Part shown: positions 49,084 through 58,117 of the stretch, one piece after another
Numbering within the stretch: the first letter of the stretch is position 1
Layout of the letters: the number at the start of each line of letters is the position of its first letter
Assembly: GCA_963665115.1 (NCBI GenBank)
Contig: OY762007.1
Coordinates: forward strand, 2,336,001-2,400,000
Source: an uncultured Rivularia sp.
GTDB taxonomy: Bacteria; Cyanobacteriota; Cyanobacteriia; Cyanobacteriales; Nostocaceae
Direction: 5' to 3'
DNA length: 64,000 bases
Translations under genes and position numbers: made by a program
Notes under the pieces: model-generated
The model's database searches: none
What the model was told of the DNA's origin: nothing
What the model saw: only the letters and a program-made list of their open reading frames with translations

Positions 49084-50628
49084 CTAAGAAAACTTATTCA
49101 AAAATCCCAAAAGCTTCCTCGTACCATCCGTCAACTTAGTCCGCTTATAAGCATCAGCAGCTTTTTTAATTCCCTCAGCTTGCGTAGGATAAGGATGAAT
49201 TACACCGCTTAATTTATTCATCCCAATTCCATTTACAATTGCCGTAGTCACCTCAGAAATACTTTCACCAGCGTGTGAAGAAACAATAGTTGCACCAACA
49301 ATTTGATCGGTACCTTGTTTGAGGTGAACTTTGATAAAACCTTCGGTTTCCCCATCGGTAATTGCTCTATCTACATCTTCGTAATCTATCTTAATTGTAT
49401 TTACTTCCAAACCCTTTTCCCGCGCTTCATGTTCGTACATCCCTACATGAGCAATTTCTGGATCAGTAAATGTTACCCAAGGTACAACTAAATCGCTAAG
49501 TTTTTTACGTCCCAAACCAAAGGGAGCAAATAAAGCATTTTGAATTACAATTCTTGCTGTAGCATCTGCCATGTGAGTAAATTTTTCACTCAAGCAAATA
49601 TCTCCTGCTGCAAAAATCTTCGGATTTGTGGTTACTAAATTATCGTTTACTTTCACCCCTTTGCTATCATATTCAACACCAACAGTTTCTAAATTTAAAC
49701 CGTTGACATTTGGGGTTCTTCCCGCACCAACTAAAATTTCATCTACTATAATAGAGCCTTTTCTACCATTACTTGTATAATAGATTTTCTTACCTTCCGA
49801 AGTACTTTCTACCCGCTCTATTTGAGAACTTAAAATCAAATCAACTTTTTCTTTTTGAAATACCTTTTGCACAATTTCCGCAGCGTCGCTATCTTCTTTA
49901 TTTAATAAGTGCAAGCCGCGATGTAAAATTGTTACTTGAGAGCCAAAACGGTTAAAAGTTTGAGCTAATTCACAACCGATAGCACCACCGCCAATTATTG
50001 CCAAACGTCGCGGTAATTGAGTTAGATTAAATACAGTTTCATTAGTCAGATATCCGGCTTCTTTCATACCAGGAATATCCGGTTGTGTAGCTCTCGCTCC
50101 CGTAGCAATTACTGCTTTTTTAAACTTAAGTTTTTTACCAGCAACTTCAATAGTATCTCCACTAGTGAAACTTGCCGCACCCAAAAACACGTCCATACCA
50201 ATGTTGGTAAAGCGCTCAACCGAATCAACTGGGCTGATATCTGCTCTGATTCTCCGCATTCGTTCCATAACTGCGGGAAAATCAACTTCTACCTGTTGAG
50301 GAGCCACAACTCCATACTCCTTCGCCTTCCACATTTCACCAACAACGCGAGCAGAGCGAATCAAACTTTTAGAAGGTACGCAACCAACATTAGTACAATC
50401 GCCACCCATCAAATGTTTTTCAATCAAAGCCACCTTCAAGCCTACATTTAAACCCGCAGCCCCCGCAGAAGTTACCAAACCCGCAGCACCCGCACCAATT
50501 ACAACCAAATCGTAACAATCGGCAGGCTCCGGATTTTTCCAATCGTTGGGATGCAAATTCGCAATCAATCTTTGATTGTGTTCATCCATCGGGGGAACAA
50601 TTACTCTTTCAAATGCTGTATTAGTCAT
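49084..50628 (-). CDS. Flavoprotein disulfide reductase (mercuric-reductase-like, lacking MerA C-terminal cysteine pair)
   Basis: GAGAAG, GGDCTNVGCVPSK, GGGAIGCE, HPYPTQAE; ends LNKFS without CC. Confidence 0.88.
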   Translation of the reverse strand: MTNTAFERVIVPPMDEHNQRLIANLHPNDWKNPEPADCYDLVVIGAGAAGLVTSAGAAGLNVGLKVALIEKHLMGGDCTNVGCVPSKSLIRSARVVGEMWKAKEYGVVAPQQVEVDFPAVMERMRRIRADISPVDSVERFTNIGMDVFLGAASFTSGDTIEVAGKKLKFKKAVIATGARATQPDIPGMKEAGYLTNETVFNLTQLPRRLAIIGGGAIGCELAQTFNRFGSQVTILHRGLHLLNKEDSDAAEIVQKVFQKEKVDLILSSQIERVESTSEGKKIYYTSNGRKGSIIVDEILVGAGRTPNVNGLNLETVGVEYDSKGVKVNDNLVTTNPKIFAAGDICLSEKFTHMADATARIVIQNALFAPFGLGRKKLSDLVVPWVTFTDPEIAHVGMYEHEAREKGLEVNTIKIDYEDVDRAITDGETEGFIKVHLKQGTDQIVGATIVSSHAGESISEVTTAIVNGIGMNKLSGVIHPYPTQAEGIKKAADAYKRTKLTDGTRKLLGFLNKFS

Positions 50629-50640
50629 AATTGGTTGTTA

Positions 50641-50696
50641 GTAGTACGAGCATCTTGCTCGCTAATGTATAAACGTAGTGGGAGCATCTTGCTCCC
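50641..50696. repeat. GTAG REP family GTAGTG(G/C)GAGCRTCTYGCTC(C/G)C, tandem pair
   Basis: Copies at 50641-50662 and 50675-50696; also 229-283, 11863-11884, 21729-21750, 22035-22056, 27437-27491 and an interrupted copy at 61318-61365. Confidence 0.85.
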
Positions 50697-50761
50697 TGTA
50701 TTCAAAAATTGATAATTGATAATTATTAACTGGTTACTGTTAACTGTTCACTGTTCACTGT

Positions 50762-51505
50762 TCACTGCTCACTGTTCACTGCATTTGTTGATTCATCTAA
50801 AGCTTTTCTCGCAACTTTTGTAACATATAAAGTAACTGCAACTGTCGCGATAAAACCGATAATACGAATTGCCCAAACAACGGTAGGATTACTTGGTTGA
50901 TCTCCGGTTCCAATAGTGGCGATATTACCAGCTAAAGAACCCAAATAAACATACATAATGGTTCCGGGAAGAATGCCGATAGTTCCTAAAACATAGTCTT
51001 TTAAAGAAACTCCGGTAACACCATAGGCGTAGTTTAATAAGTTAAAGGGAAATACTGGAGAAAGTCTAGTTAATAAGACAATTTTTAAACCTTCCCTACC
51101 TACAGCTTTATCAACTGCGGCAAACTTTTCATTACCTGCAATTTTATTTGCAACCCAACCCCTGGCTATATATCGTCCAACAAGAAAAGCTGCGATCGCG
51201 CCAATTGTTGCACCGATAAAAACGTATACCGAACCTAAAAACACATCAAAAACTACCCCCGCACCCAAAGTTAAAATCGAGCCTGGTAGAAAAGCAACGG
51301 TAGCGACAATATAAAGTAAAATGAACGCAATCCCACCTACCGCACCTTGTTCATTAATCCATTCCAAAGCATTTTTTAGCCATATCTGAGGACTAAAACC
51401 TTGTGCATTTGCGCTTTCTTGAGCCAGAGCCGGATTTGCATTTAATAGAATTATTACGCTAAATGCAACCACTGCAAATAGACTAAACCGAGAAAATTTA
51501 TTCAT
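50762..51505 (-). CDS. TVP38/TMEM64 (DedA/SNARE-associated) membrane protein
   Basis: LPGSILTLGAG, AFLVGRY..R, LTRLSPVFPFNLLNYAYG.T.VS. Confidence 0.92.
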   Translation of the reverse strand: MNKFSRFSLFAVVAFSVIILLNANPALAQESANAQGFSPQIWLKNALEWINEQGAVGGIAFILLYIVATVAFLPGSILTLGAGVVFDVFLGSVYVFIGATIGAIAAFLVGRYIARGWVANKIAGNEKFAAVDKAVGREGLKIVLLTRLSPVFPFNLLNYAYGVTGVSLKDYVLGTIGILPGTIMYVYLGSLAGNIATIGTGDQPSNPTVVWAIRIIGFIATVAVTLYVTKVARKALDESTNAVNSEQ

Positions 51506-51606
51506 TTTTTTAGTTATTACTTATTAGCTATTAGTTGTTGATTGTCAGAACTTATGCGTTAGGAATTAAGGTTTATTTAACCTTTGACCTTTGACCTTTA
51601 ACCCGA

Positions 51607-52314
51607 TCAATTTGTACTTTCTTTCAAAGCTTTTTTCGCTACTTTAGAAATATAAAAAGTAACAAAAACTGTAGCTATTAATCCAACTCCTTGTAACAAC
51701 AACTGAAGAAATTGTGTTTCCGGATTTTTGGGAATAGATGGGTTTTTGATCGCGATATCACCTATCAAAGAACCCATGTAAACATACATAGCAGTTCCTG
51801 GAATCATACCGATGGAGCCTAAAATATAATCTTTTAGAGAGACTTGGGTAACTCCGAAAGCATAATTTAATAAATTGAACGGAAAGATGGGAGATAATCG
51901 AGTTAGAAAAACTATTTTTAATCCATTTTTTGCAACTGCTTTATCTATCGCTTTAAAATTGGGTTTATTACCTATTTGCTGACATACCCAATCGCGAGAT
52001 ATGTAACGCCCAACCAAAAATGCAAAAGTTGCTCCTATAGTTGCAGCAATCAATACATATATTGAACCCCATAGAAAACCAAACAAACAACCTCCTTTTA
52101 AAGTTAACAAGGAACCTGGAATAAACAGTAATGTTGCAATGTTGTAGATAACAATAAATGCAACTGGTGCTAACCAACCGAGACTGTCTACCCACAATAA
52201 AGATTTACTGAAAAGCTCTTGTAAATCAAAATAATTGCCAATAATAATAATTAGAATCGCAGTGAAGCAACCTACTAATATTGGTTTAAGAAAGTGTTTG
52301 TACTGGTTTTTCAT
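51607..52314 (-). CDS. TVP38/TMEM64 (DedA/SNARE-associated) membrane protein, paralog
   Basis: IPGSLLTLKGG, AFLVGRY..R, LTRLSPIFPFNLLNYAFG.T.VS. Confidence 0.92.
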   Translation of the reverse strand: MKNQYKHFLKPILVGCFTAILIIIIGNYFDLQELFSKSLLWVDSLGWLAPVAFIVIYNIATLLFIPGSLLTLKGGCLFGFLWGSIYVLIAATIGATFAFLVGRYISRDWVCQQIGNKPNFKAIDKAVAKNGLKIVFLTRLSPIFPFNLLNYAFGVTQVSLKDYILGSIGMIPGTAMYVYMGSLIGDIAIKNPSIPKNPETQFLQLLLQGVGLIATVFVTFYISKVAKKALKESTN

Positions 52315-52344
52315 GTAAATGCAATCATTGGTTGTTTAAAAATC

Positions 52345-52455
52345 CGGCGGTTGAAACCGCGACTACACAGTCAAAGTCCCACCTGCGTGGACTAATTATC
52401 CTATAACCCACGCAGGTGGGTTTCGCTTGTGTAGCCGCGACTTCTAGTCGCCAGG
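52345..52455. repeat. Dispersed palindromic element (CCGGCGGTTGAAACCGC...CCCACGCAGGTGGG...)
   Basis: Nested hairpins gcggttgaaaccgc, ccacctgcgtgg/ccacgcaggtgg and gcgacttctagtcgc. Confidence 0.65.
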
Positions 52456-52508
52456 TGAACTCAAATATCAACTAACAATTACTCTAAATCACTAACCTGA
52501 GAATCAGC

Positions 52509-53291
52509 TTAATGCTTAATTAGTTTTTCCCCACGGTACCAGCTGCGAATTCTTTCAGGTGAAATTCCTAGAAAATAAGCAATTATTACAAATTGATTTA
52601 TTAAAGTTGTTTGCAAAATCCCTTTTTTTAGCCAGCGACGCGGTGAAGTAACGACTGGTACCGGAATAAAAGTAATTTTGCCCAAGTCTTTTAAATTGCG
52701 TATAAGCTCAAAGTCTTCCATAATAGCTAATTCGGGAAAACCACCAATATTATTAAATTTATCTTTAGTTATAAAAATAGCTTGATCCCCGTAAGGCATT
52801 TTAAACAATTTTGAACGGTATTTTACCCCCCATTCAACTAATCGCAAACCTATATCTGGTGCATTAATTCGCAGAGCGAAGGCACCTGCGACAGTTGACG
52901 GTTGTTGTAATGCTGTACGAATCATCGCATCAAAATTAGCTGGTAAAAGTGTATCGGCATGGAGAAATAGCAAAATATCACCCGTGGCATTTCTTGCACC
53001 TGCATTCATCTGACGAGCGCGATTTTTATAACCTGAGATAACTTTTACGCTAAAAGATGCTGCAATATCAACTGTATTATCTTCAGAGCCACCATCAACT
53101 ACAATTACTTCAATATTCGTACTAGTTTGAGTACTAACTAAAGTAGCTTTGATATTTTCCGATTCATTAAGAGTAGGAATAATAATCGAAATTTTTGCCG
53201 TGGCGATGCTTCTATTGCCATTTTTTAAGAACGGATCTTTTTCTTTTTTCAGAGTTGTTTGTTTGTACATATTGCGATAAATATACGACAA
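52509..53291 (-). CDS. Family 2 glycosyltransferase, TIGR04283-like
   Basis: SIIIPTLNE, VVDGGSED, RARQMNAGA, LFLHADT, PYGDQAIF, GGFP...IMED, TSPRRW. Confidence 0.88.
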   Translation of the reverse strand: MSYIYRNMYKQTTLKKEKDPFLKNGNRSIATAKISIIIPTLNESENIKATLVSTQTSTNIEVIVVDGGSEDNTVDIAASFSVKVISGYKNRARQMNAGARNATGDILLFLHADTLLPANFDAMIRTALQQPSTVAGAFALRINAPDIGLRLVEWGVKYRSKLFKMPYGDQAIFITKDKFNNIGGFPELAIMEDFELIRNLKDLGKITFIPVPVVTSPRRWLKKGILQTTLINQFVIIAYFLGISPERIRSWYRGEKLIKH

Positions 53292-53342
53292 AATTATGAA
53301 TAAAATGTCAATATAAGACTATAGGTTGCTAACGTCAAAGAT

Positions 53343-53792
53343 TTACTTGCTGATTTTTAGCCAGAATGCTGCTGTTATTCCCCAAACACAGTTGAACAAT
53401 ATTACAAATATCGGCGTAAGGCTTCCTAATTCAACACCCATCATTCCTTTATTAGCTTTCAAAGGAAATACAACAAAAAGTTGAATTAGAGTAGGTAATA
53501 AACTTAATAAAATACCTTTATACAGATATTTTCTGGGGAAGAAAGGTAAAAGAAACAAAAAACTCCAAATTCCACCCCAAACAATCCGGGGGTATAGCCA
53601 AGCTGCGGTTAAGGTAGGCGCAATTTGAACGTTAAATAACGCTGTTATACCAGCAATACCAAACAGCCAAACCGTAATCGAATTTAAAAATCCGCCAAGA
53701 CATCCAGCAGCAAAGACAAGGCTTAGATTTTTGGCAATAATTTTAGTAATATCTTTTTTTTGCTTGGGAGGTGATACTGTACTGCTTTTCAT
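53343..53792 (-). CDS. Hypothetical membrane protein
   Basis: Hydrophobic; WLYPRIVWGG.W..LF.LP and QLF.VFP motifs. Confidence 0.75.
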   Translation of the reverse strand: MKSSTVSPPKQKKDITKIIAKNLSLVFAAGCLGGFLNSITVWLFGIAGITALFNVQIAPTLTAAWLYPRIVWGGIWSFLFLLPFFPRKYLYKGILLSLLPTLIQLFVVFPLKANKGMMGVELGSLTPIFVILFNCVWGITAAFWLKISK

Positions 53793-54090
53793 TATTTGTA
53801 ATCAGATGCACAATGGATCTATGATTCATTATGAATTACAATTCTGAAAATTTGATGAGTCTGCTATTAGAATTTGATTAATTGACGAAAAGTATGATAC
53901 AAAGCTTGCTATAGTAGTTCACATTTCAATATTTGTATCTGTTAACTAACAAATAAATAATTTTTTATATCAATACTATATAAAGCGTTATTTTGACGGT
54001 ACGCAATTAGGTGTAGAGACGTAGCAGTGCTACGTCTTCATAAATCATGGTTGTTGTTAGATGAAAGCTATAATTTATTTTGTCAAAAAT

Positions 54091-55038
54091 TTAAGGATTA
54101 TAAACAAAATCACTTTCAATATGCATTCCAACCCAGTCAGAAGATTTTGTTTCACCGACGATGTATATATTTTCTAACGTCCAGAAGCTAAATCTATACA
54201 TCATTGTGTTAGGAAAAGTTTGATGCAAAAATTGATTAAATTTACTATATCTTTGAAAGAGAGAATCCCGCTTTTCAAACTTGGAGTCAAAATATTTTTC
54301 GTCGAAATAAAGTTTATCAGAATACAATCCATTGAATTTACTAAGTTCTAGAATTCCCGAACCTTGTAAAACCTTTTCAACTGCTAATTCTTTAGTTTTA
54401 CCTACAGCATAAACAATACGATTGTCATAATTATAATTATAACCTCCACCTAAATCACCAGATAAATGAATTGTTTCAATTTCAGAAATAATTTCTTCAA
54501 CATCTGAAATTAAAGTTTTTGTATTTTCTCCCATCTCTTCAAGATTCAATTCTCGGCTTTGTTGGGTACGAAAAATTTGCTCTTGTGGAATAGTTGTTTC
54601 CGTGTAGACAGTAGGACAAACGCTAATCCAATCTCCATCTATTGTTTTACCAATTACTATACTAATGGAACCACGAGCATAATAATGGGCTTGAATATCA
54701 AATGTTTCTAATACTTGCAGATTATTATCTAGGAGCGTGAATAGGGATATAATTTTTTCCAACCTCTGCTTTTCTTCGTCTTTCTTTAGGGAAAAGCTGT
54801 TAAAAGATTTAGCATATTCTATTGTTTGCGAACTTGTACGTATAACATCATTATCTGTTAATTTTAACCATGCTCTTGAAATACTTAAATTTAATGCATT
54901 GAAATCTTCTTGCTTCGATGCTTCCCAGATAAATGGATAAATATATTTACCAGTTATATGTCCAGGTAAACCTATATAAGGAAGTGATTCAAGTAAAACT
55001 TCTAAGGTACCTAACAGCTTGATTGTTTTTGTATTCAT
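54091..55038 (-). CDS. Protein with two NuiA (nuclease A inhibitor)-like segments
   Basis: YPFIWE; IVIGKT.DGDWISV and YRF....NIYIVGETKSSDWVG resemble the NuiA C-terminal strand motif. ATG at 55038. Confidence 0.5.
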   Translation of the reverse strand: MNTKTIKLLGTLEVLLESLPYIGLPGHITGKYIYPFIWEASKQEDFNALNLSISRAWLKLTDNDVIRTSSQTIEYAKSFNSFSLKKDEEKQRLEKIISLFTLLDNNLQVLETFDIQAHYYARGSISIVIGKTIDGDWISVCPTVYTETTIPQEQIFRTQQSRELNLEEMGENTKTLISDVEEIISEIETIHLSGDLGGGYNYNYDNRIVYAVGKTKELAVEKVLQGSGILELSKFNGLYSDKLYFDEKYFDSKFEKRDSLFQRYSKFNQFLHQTFPNTMMYRFSFWTLENIYIVGETKSSDWVGMHIESDFVYNP

Positions 55039-55048
55039 GATTTTATAA

Positions 55049-56872
55049 TTACTTGGTTGATATACTGTGATTCGCTGCTGCTCTGACAATCCAATTTCCA
55101 TCACGAGTAAGTGTTTCGAGCAGTTCTAAAGATGTTGCTTCATTCTGAGTTACAGCATATCTTTCCAACCAAAAAACAGAATTTGCTCCTTGGGTTAATA
55201 TTCCTCTGGGTGTGATGGGATGGAGTAGAGTTACAAATCTGACGAAAGTGTTATCTGATTCAGCATATTCTGTAAGTACCGTTGCTAAATCGTCATTATT
55301 GGAATCGTAAATTCGGGGAAGCTCGCTTAAAGTTATACTGGTTTGTTTTGGTAGTGGTTCAAAAATATCATCTTCCGAACTTTCACTAGTATTTTCGGGA
55401 TTATTGGGATTTTCATTAACCGCTCGACGTACTTCGATTTTTTCGTCGTTTGCTAGCTGTTCGAGTATTGTTATTGAAATGTTGGGATTAGAAGCTACTG
55501 CTGTACGAACTTGAGAATTTTCATCACCAGCTAATTTTTCTAATATATTTAACTGTGTAATAGAATTGGTTGCTACTTTAATTCTGACTTCAACTTCTTC
55601 ATCTAATGCTAGTAATTCCAAAATGTCTGCTGGTGTTTGATTGGAATAAGCAACTGTTCCCCTTACCGATACAGTTTCATCTTCAGCTAACTTCAGCCAT
55701 AATTCTTCAGTTAACTTGGGATGACGTACTAAAATTTTCCTGACTTCAACGGATGAATCTTGGGTCAAAGTGTTTAGTATATTTAGAGTTAAGCTGGGAT
55801 TGTAAGCCAAAGTTTGAACTATAGAATCATTAGTTGTCGGTGGAAGAATTGAATTTGCATCAGGTGTCGGACTAATAAATTCTCTTCGAGCTAAAATTTT
55901 TAATGCTTCTGTTGGTGTACGTGGATTGCTCGCAATTGTCCGCAATAAATCATTATTATCTCCGGGAAATGCACTTTTGAGCATATCAACGGTTCGATTT
56001 GGTTCGTTTCCAGAAATACAGCAACTCATTACTATTTGAGCAAGTACCTGTGGTGATACGTTGGCATTGCGAGCTACATCAAGACGAGTGGTAAAGTCAG
56101 AATGGGTAGCTAATATTTCTAAAGTTTCGGGAGAGGTATTACGATTACTCGCTACTGCTCGAACTGTCGGAACATAAGAATTTCTTGCTAACTGTTGTAA
56201 TGCTGTAGCTGGTGTATTGCGATGATAAGCAACAAGATAACGAACCGAATTGTTACTATTAGTCGCTAATTGAGCTAAAGTTTCCGATGGCATTTGCGAA
56301 CCTTGAACCGGATGCTTGATAAAATCAGCTATGTCTTTATCATTCATATTTCTTACTGCATGAGCAAGAACAATTCCTGGTGTGTTGGGATTGCGCTGAT
56401 TTACTAAGTTATCTTCCAATCCCAAACTAGTTAAAACTTCAACTGGTGTATTTAAATTTGCTATTAGTTTAGATTTGACTTCCCTACTCGAATCATTTGC
56501 TAACCGAACTAGAATTTCAACTGGAGTATGGGAATATCCTGCAACTGCTGCTCTTACTCGTTCGGATTCATCTTGAGACAATATTTCTAATAATTGTGGG
56601 GGTGTTGGTGGTGTGTTTCTAAAATTGGTTTGTCTAAAAAGACTTAATTTTATTCCCACACTTGAATTCCGAGCTAATTCCAGTGCAGTGTTAAAAGGTA
56701 AATTTGGATTCTCAACCGCTAATTTAGATATCCCCTCATCATCATCCCTTACTAACCGTTCGATAATAGAAGCAGGAGTTTTGGAATTCCTTGCTAAAGT
56801 TATTTTAGATTTGCGATCGCCTTTTTCTAAAACTTGAGCTAAAGCAAAAGGACTATCTAAACGACGAGCCAT
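55049..56872 (-). CDS. Leucine-rich variant (LRV)/HEAT-like repeat protein, C-terminal part of a split gene
   Basis: Repeated VR..VA.N..TP...L..LA.D units. The frame stays open upstream of the ATG (ERYRLLLENEN...) to about 56935. Confidence 0.85.
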   Translation of the reverse strand: MARRLDSPFALAQVLEKGDRKSKITLARNSKTPASIIERLVRDDDEGISKLAVENPNLPFNTALELARNSSVGIKLSLFRQTNFRNTPPTPPQLLEILSQDESERVRAAVAGYSHTPVEILVRLANDSSREVKSKLIANLNTPVEVLTSLGLEDNLVNQRNPNTPGIVLAHAVRNMNDKDIADFIKHPVQGSQMPSETLAQLATNSNNSVRYLVAYHRNTPATALQQLARNSYVPTVRAVASNRNTSPETLEILATHSDFTTRLDVARNANVSPQVLAQIVMSCCISGNEPNRTVDMLKSAFPGDNNDLLRTIASNPRTPTEALKILARREFISPTPDANSILPPTTNDSIVQTLAYNPSLTLNILNTLTQDSSVEVRKILVRHPKLTEELWLKLAEDETVSVRGTVAYSNQTPADILELLALDEEVEVRIKVATNSITQLNILEKLAGDENSQVRTAVASNPNISITILEQLANDEKIEVRRAVNENPNNPENTSESSEDDIFEPLPKQTSITLSELPRIYDSNNDDLATVLTEYAESDNTFVRFVTLLHPITPRGILTQGANSVFWLERYAVTQNEATSLELLETLTRDGNWIVRAAANHSISTK

Positions 56873-56880
56873 AAATTCAT

Positions 56881-57255
56881 TTACTTGAGCAATATTTTCA
56901 CAATTTTCGTTCTCAAGTAATAAGCGATAGCGCTCAAAAAATCGGGAGGTACGGGAGCAAATTTCATCAACTCCACCGCTAACCTATCATTTTCCCCCAA
57001 ATCCTTATTTCGTAAGATTTCCGAAACAACTTCCCGATAATTTTCTGTTACTTCACCCACCCAATTAACGTGCAATCTCGCAACTTCCGCAACCGAGGAA
57101 GAATTGCTGTTAACTAAAACCTCTAAAAGACTACGGGGAGTCTCGGAAAAAGAAGCAACAGCAATCTGAATTCCCCTTGATTCTCCCAATAACTCTTCAG
57201 GAGCATCTAAAAATCTTTGTAAATCCCCCGCATTAACCCTGTGAAGTGACTGCAT
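56881..57255 (-). pseudogene. N-terminal part of the LRV-repeat gene, out of frame with the rest
   Basis: AVAS..ETP..LLE.L...VAE.ARLHVNW.GE resembles an LRV protein N-terminus; the frame switches near 56930-56940. Confidence 0.6.
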
Positions 57256-57463
57256 AATTTTAAATGATTATTTGATAGTACTAAAATACTATCATGGATG
57301 AATTGTCAAAAGTTTGATTCACGAGTTTATAGTTCCCCAGATGAAGAGAAATATTTCCTAGAGGAAACTATTTTTTGAGATGAATACAATCAAAGCTGTG
57401 TTTCAGTTCTATTTATCTGACTTCTTGCACCATTATAAATATCACCTTGGTTGGGATAAAATA

Positions 57464-57979
57464 TCAATCCTTCTCATTCCAAGCTGCTAATCTTTGCTGA
57501 CAAACTGGTAGCGGACATTCACTCATATCACAAAAACGACAAATAAATTCTTCTAAAACTTCAGTGTTACTATATTGTCCTGCCATTTTAGACAATGTAC
57601 TTAGCAGTTGTTGCCGCTCCTGTTGCGTTAATGGTTGAAGTAAATTTGATACCGCTTCAGCTTTAGCCTGCTGAATCTTCTCAACCATCCCTTTCCCATC
57701 AGATGTAAGTTGCAGATGAACGCAACGACGGTCATTTCCTTGATGGCGCTCTACCAAATTTTGATTTACCAGACGCTCAACCAGCCTAGCTGCACCTGAT
57801 TGAGAAAGCTGTAAATATTGTGCGAGTAAGTCCACTGTAATCGTAGGATAGCGTTCCACAATCACCAGTGCAGCCGGGAAAGAAGCCGTATTCCCCGTGG
57901 CTTCTTTTGCTGCATTTTGGATGCTGTCGGAAATGGCGATCGCAGCTGCTCCGACTAAATTTATCAGTTGTGAATTCAT
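57464..57979 (-). CDS. MarR family regulator with cysteine-rich C-terminus
   Basis: LSQSGAARLVERL...LVER..G.DRR...LT..G wHTH; tail ICRFCDMSECPLPVC. Confidence 0.9.
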   Translation of the reverse strand: MNSQLINLVGAAAIAISDSIQNAAKEATGNTASFPAALVIVERYPTITVDLLAQYLQLSQSGAARLVERLVNQNLVERHQGNDRRCVHLQLTSDGKGMVEKIQQAKAEAVSNLLQPLTQQERQQLLSTLSKMAGQYSNTEVLEEFICRFCDMSECPLPVCQQRLAAWNEKD

Positions 57980-57988
57980 TACTAATTT

Positions 57989-58017
57989 ATGACTAGATTA
58001 TTATATGATTGACTCAT
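57989..58017. promoter_or_regulatory. Putative MarR operator(s) in divergent promoter
   Basis: Imperfect palindrome ATGATTGACTCAT (58005-58017) and related ATGACTAGATTAT (57989-58001). Confidence 0.4.
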
Positions 58018-58117
58018 GCATTTATTTTATTAAATATAAATTTACCTTACAGCTTTCCCTTCTCCTTGATAAGGAGAGGAGTAGCGGTGGGGTGAGGTTT
58101 TTTAAGAGGTAGTTATT

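Noticed and set aside
49084..50628. True mercuric reductase merA
   Set aside because: No C-terminal Cys-Cys pair, no N-terminal metal-binding domain and no mer operon genes.
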